From assembly GCF_013004595.1 (NCBI RefSeq), contig NZ_JABEMC010000006.1, forward strand, positions 1-64,000: a DNA stretch of 64,000 nt, given 5' to 3'. The notes beneath the pieces were generated by a model. The model ran no database searches, was not told the DNA's origin, and saw nothing but the letters and a program-made list of their open reading frames with translations. The stretch's first letter is position 1. Each line of letters begins with the position of its first letter. The DNA is from Brevibacterium luteolum. GTDB lineage: Bacteria; Actinomycetota; Actinomycetes; Actinomycetales; Brevibacteriaceae. A program made the position numbers and the translations under genes. Of this stretch, positions 61,375-64,000 are shown piece after piece.

Positions 61375-64000
61375 ATGCCGAGTGGAATCGTCTACGTCAT
61401 CGCCGAGTTCTCGCTGCACAGCGCGCGCGTCGTCGCCGCTGGGCGGCCGAGTGCCGAATCGGTGCTCGGCGCGTTCCTCGATGACTTCCTGCCGCGCGTC
61501 GGATTAGGTCACCTCACCGGGCAGCCACGAGTCGTGCCCTGCGGGGCCGAACCGCCGCCGGTGCTCACCGATCCGTGGCGCACGTGGGCGCAGGCAGCGG
61601 CAGCCACCTTGGTTATCTTCGATGACGGCCCCGCCACCGGCGACGCGGTCGCCGCGCCTCCGCCTGGTCCGGTTGCCGACCAGCTCGCTCCCGTCGCCGT
61701 GCTGCCAGCCGAACGCACCGGCATCATCGAATACCTCACCGGCCCGGATTCCGGTTTTGCTCACCCGCTGCCAATCGGCGCGTGGACGATGGGCCGGACA
61801 CCTGCGGCCGATATCGCAGTCGCCGACCCGTACCTCTCGCGCGAACTCCTCACCCTGCGAAACGCGCCCTCGGGCATCCAGGTGAGCGATTCGGGCGGGA
61901 TGAGAAGCATCCCACTGGCGTCCACTGCTGCCGTGACGGCATTCGGCAGCACCGCTGCACGCCTCATCCCGCCGCAGACGCTGCCCCACGCCGGTCAGTC
62001 GACCAGCACTTCACCGGTCAGCTGGCCGCGGATCGCCACCGTCGCCCGGCCGCGTGCGCCCTCGTGGCTGATGTACGCAGCACCGATCGCGATCGGTATT
62101 GCGCTGGCGGTCTTCACACAGATGTGGATGTTCCTGCTCTTCAGCATCTCCGGGCCCATCACCGCTGGGATCATGTACGTCACCGGTCGGCGCCGCTACC
62201 GACGCGACGTGCTGTGCGCCTGCCAGGATTACCGAACAGCGGTCCGGGAGTGCCTGTACCGTCTTGCAGAGTCCAACCGGCTGACGCTCGACGCCGCCCA
62301 CCGGCGCAGACTCACCGGCGGGGAGACGACCATCGGAATGGGTCCCGCGCTGCTGCCCGGCGGTATCCGCGACATCCCGATCACTGCCCAGGAGACCACC
62401 ACCTCGGCGACGGAGGATCCGCTTGCCCTGGCCGAACGCCAGCAGCTGGACCAGTACCTGTCGACAGGTGCGCAGTTCGGGCAGCGCCACTACTCGGCGG
62501 CTGACACCGTGCCGCTCATCATCGACCTCACCTGCCTGCAGCTCCGGGCCGAGGGGTCGCTGGCGCAGGTCTCTGCGGTGCTGCGGGCGGTGCTCTCACA
62601 GCTCACCAGCCGAGGGCTCGCGGTCCACGTGACGACTGCGCAGCTGCTGGCCGTCTGCCCGGAGCTCGCAGCACTCCCCCTGTCGTTAGACGGTGGGGAA
62701 GCCTCCGTCGAAGTGAGCGGCCGGCCAGCGGCAGATGCTCAGGACGGGCAGTGGGAGGTGCAGATCGGGCCGGGCGGCGATCCGGTTCGCAGCGTCGAGA
62801 CTTGGCTGCTGCGCCTCGGCGACGACGGTGCGGCACACCTCCGGGTGCTGGCAGAGGCACCCGAGGACCTCCCCCGTCCGCTCACCGGCGAGATTGAGCC
62901 GACGCGGATGCGGCCGGAGCGGTTCCTGACTCTCAACCGGGCGTGGCAGCCTCCGCTGCCTGATTGGCAGCAGGAGTGCACGCTCGGTGAGCTACTCGCC
63001 CAGCAGGAGCTGACCGGCGGCACTGCTGATGCCGCCGCCCGCCGGTCGGCGGTGCCGCTCGGGCGCGGTCCGGGCGGGGCTGCGCTCATCGACCTGTTCG
63101 CCTCCGGCCCGCATGCGCTGCTGGCCGGCACGACCGGCAGCGGCAAGTCTGTGCTGCTCCAGACCTGGATCGCATCGCTGGCGGCCCGGTACAGCAGCGC
63201 CGAGCTGCGCTTCGTGCTCATCGATTTCAAGGGCGGGGCGGCTTTCGCGCCCTTCACCGCGTTCGCCCACACGGATGCGGTGGTGAGCAACCTCGATCCG
63301 GCGGCCGGGATGCGCACGCTGCGCAACCTCGGTGCTGAGATCCTGCGCCGGGAGCGGTTGCTCGCCGACCACGGCGCGGCTGACATCGACGCGTTCAACG
63401 CCGGCGCCGGCACTGGGTCACCGGAGCAGCGTCTGCCGCGTCTGGTCGTCATCATCGATGAGTTCCACGCGCTCATCACCGAGCATCCGGCTGGCACCGA
63501 GGTGCTGGAGTCGCTGACTGCGGTGGGCCGGTCGCTGGGCATCCACGTTGTGCTCGCCACCCAGCGGCCGGCCGGGATCGTCACCCCGCGGATGAAAGCT
63601 AATATCAATCTGCGCATCGCCCTGCGGGTGCGCGACGGCGTCGATTCGCGTGAGGTCATCGAGTGTGAGGACGCTGCCGGCATCCCGCCTGACCAGCCGG
63701 GCCTCGGGTTCCTCAGCGACGGCGGTGCGCCGGTCCCGTTTCGCACCGCGACCATCGATATCGCCGCTGACGAGGCGCGGGCACAGACGGGCGCGCAAGC
63801 TCCCGGTGGCCCGGCGGCTGAGCACTGCGAAGTCCAGTGGACGCGCCTGGGCGACGGGCAGTCAGCGTCAGGAGGTGTGACGGCTGGTTGTGTACGGCTA
63901 CGATTCGTGCCACCACCCGAACCGCCGGCGCTGACCGTCAGTGCGCTTGCCGATGCCTCGCATGAGGCCGCACGCCATCTGCCTGCGCCCCACCGCGTCA
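61375..64000 (+). CDS. FHA + 2TM + FtsK/SpoIIIE ATPase (EssC/EccC-like), partial; absent from the supplied ORF track
   Basis: I translated frame 1 from ATG 61375 and found it open to the window end. It contains FHA-like MGRTPAADIAVADPYLSR, a TM pair, GPHALLAGTTGSGKS, IDFKGG, IIDEF and GRSLGIHVVLATQRP. Confidence 0.88.
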   Translation, partial: MPSGIVYVIAEFSLHSARVVAAGRPSAESVLGAFLDDFLPRVGLGHLTGQPRVVPCGAEPPPVLTDPWRTWAQAAAATLVIFDDGPATGDAVAAPPPGPVADQLAPVAVLPAERTGIIEYLTGPDSGFAHPLPIGAWTMGRTPAADIAVADPYLSRELLTLRNAPSGIQVSDSGGMRSIPLASTAAVTAFGSTAARLIPPQTLPHAGQSTSTSPVSWPRIATVARPRAPSWLMYAAPIAIGIALAVFTQMWMFLLFSISGPITAGIMYVTGRRRYRRDVLCACQDYRTAVRECLYRLAESNRLTLDAAHRRRLTGGETTIGMGPALLPGGIRDIPITAQETTTSATEDPLALAERQQLDQYLSTGAQFGQRHYSAADTVPLIIDLTCLQLRAEGSLAQVSAVLRAVLSQLTSRGLAVHVTTAQLLAVCPELAALPLSLDGGEASVEVSGRPAADAQDGQWEVQIGPGGDPVRSVETWLLRLGDDGAAHLRVLAEAPEDLPRPLTGEIEPTRMRPERFLTLNRAWQPPLPDWQQECTLGELLAQQELTGGTADAAARRSAVPLGRGPGGAALIDLFASGPHALLAGTTGSGKSVLLQTWIASLAARYSSAELRFVLIDFKGGAAFAPFTAFAHTDAVVSNLDPAAGMRTLRNLGAEILRRERLLADHGAADIDAFNAGAGTGSPEQRLPRLVVIIDEFHALITEHPAGTEVLESLTAVGRSLGIHVVLATQRPAGIVTPRMKANINLRIALRVRDGVDSREVIECEDAAGIPPDQPGLGFLSDGGAPVPFRTATIDIAADEARAQTGAQAPGGPAAEHCEVQWTRLGDGQSASGGVTAGCVRLRFVPPPEPPALTVSALADASHEAARHLPAPHRV

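Overview
High-GC actinobacterial chromosome segment. The 16S V1 sequence looks Brevibacterium-like, judged by eye. Left to right: the 5' end of a 16S rRNA gene (minus strand) with boxA and three tandem promoters; SRAP/YedK; MarR; an Imm5-like gene; a partial valine/isobutyryl-CoA catabolic cluster; a small inserted HicAB-like toxin-antitoxin pair; a HAD-phnDCEE-RpiR operon; CobW; a Fic protein with a perfect operator palindrome; nrdHIEF with tandem NrdR boxes; a MoxR-DUF58-VWA-VWA-TPR operon; a PucR-controlled guanidino/arginine catabolic operon; a peptide ABC plus peptidase operon whose substrate-binding gene is mostly deleted; tmRNA (tag AKSNDRTEFALAA); smpB; a DUF222-HNH gene interrupted by an IS3 element; prfB-ftsE-ftsX-M23 peptidase; an SF2 helicase with a membrane hairpin; a Tad/Flp pilus cluster; and an FHA-FtsK (EssC/EccC-like) ORF that runs off the window. 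The most striking unexplained non-coding structure is a cluster of about 10 DnaA-box-like 9-mers between smpB and ssrA, with no dnaA in the window. No CRISPR array or prophage was seen. All family assignments come from motif recognition, not database searches.
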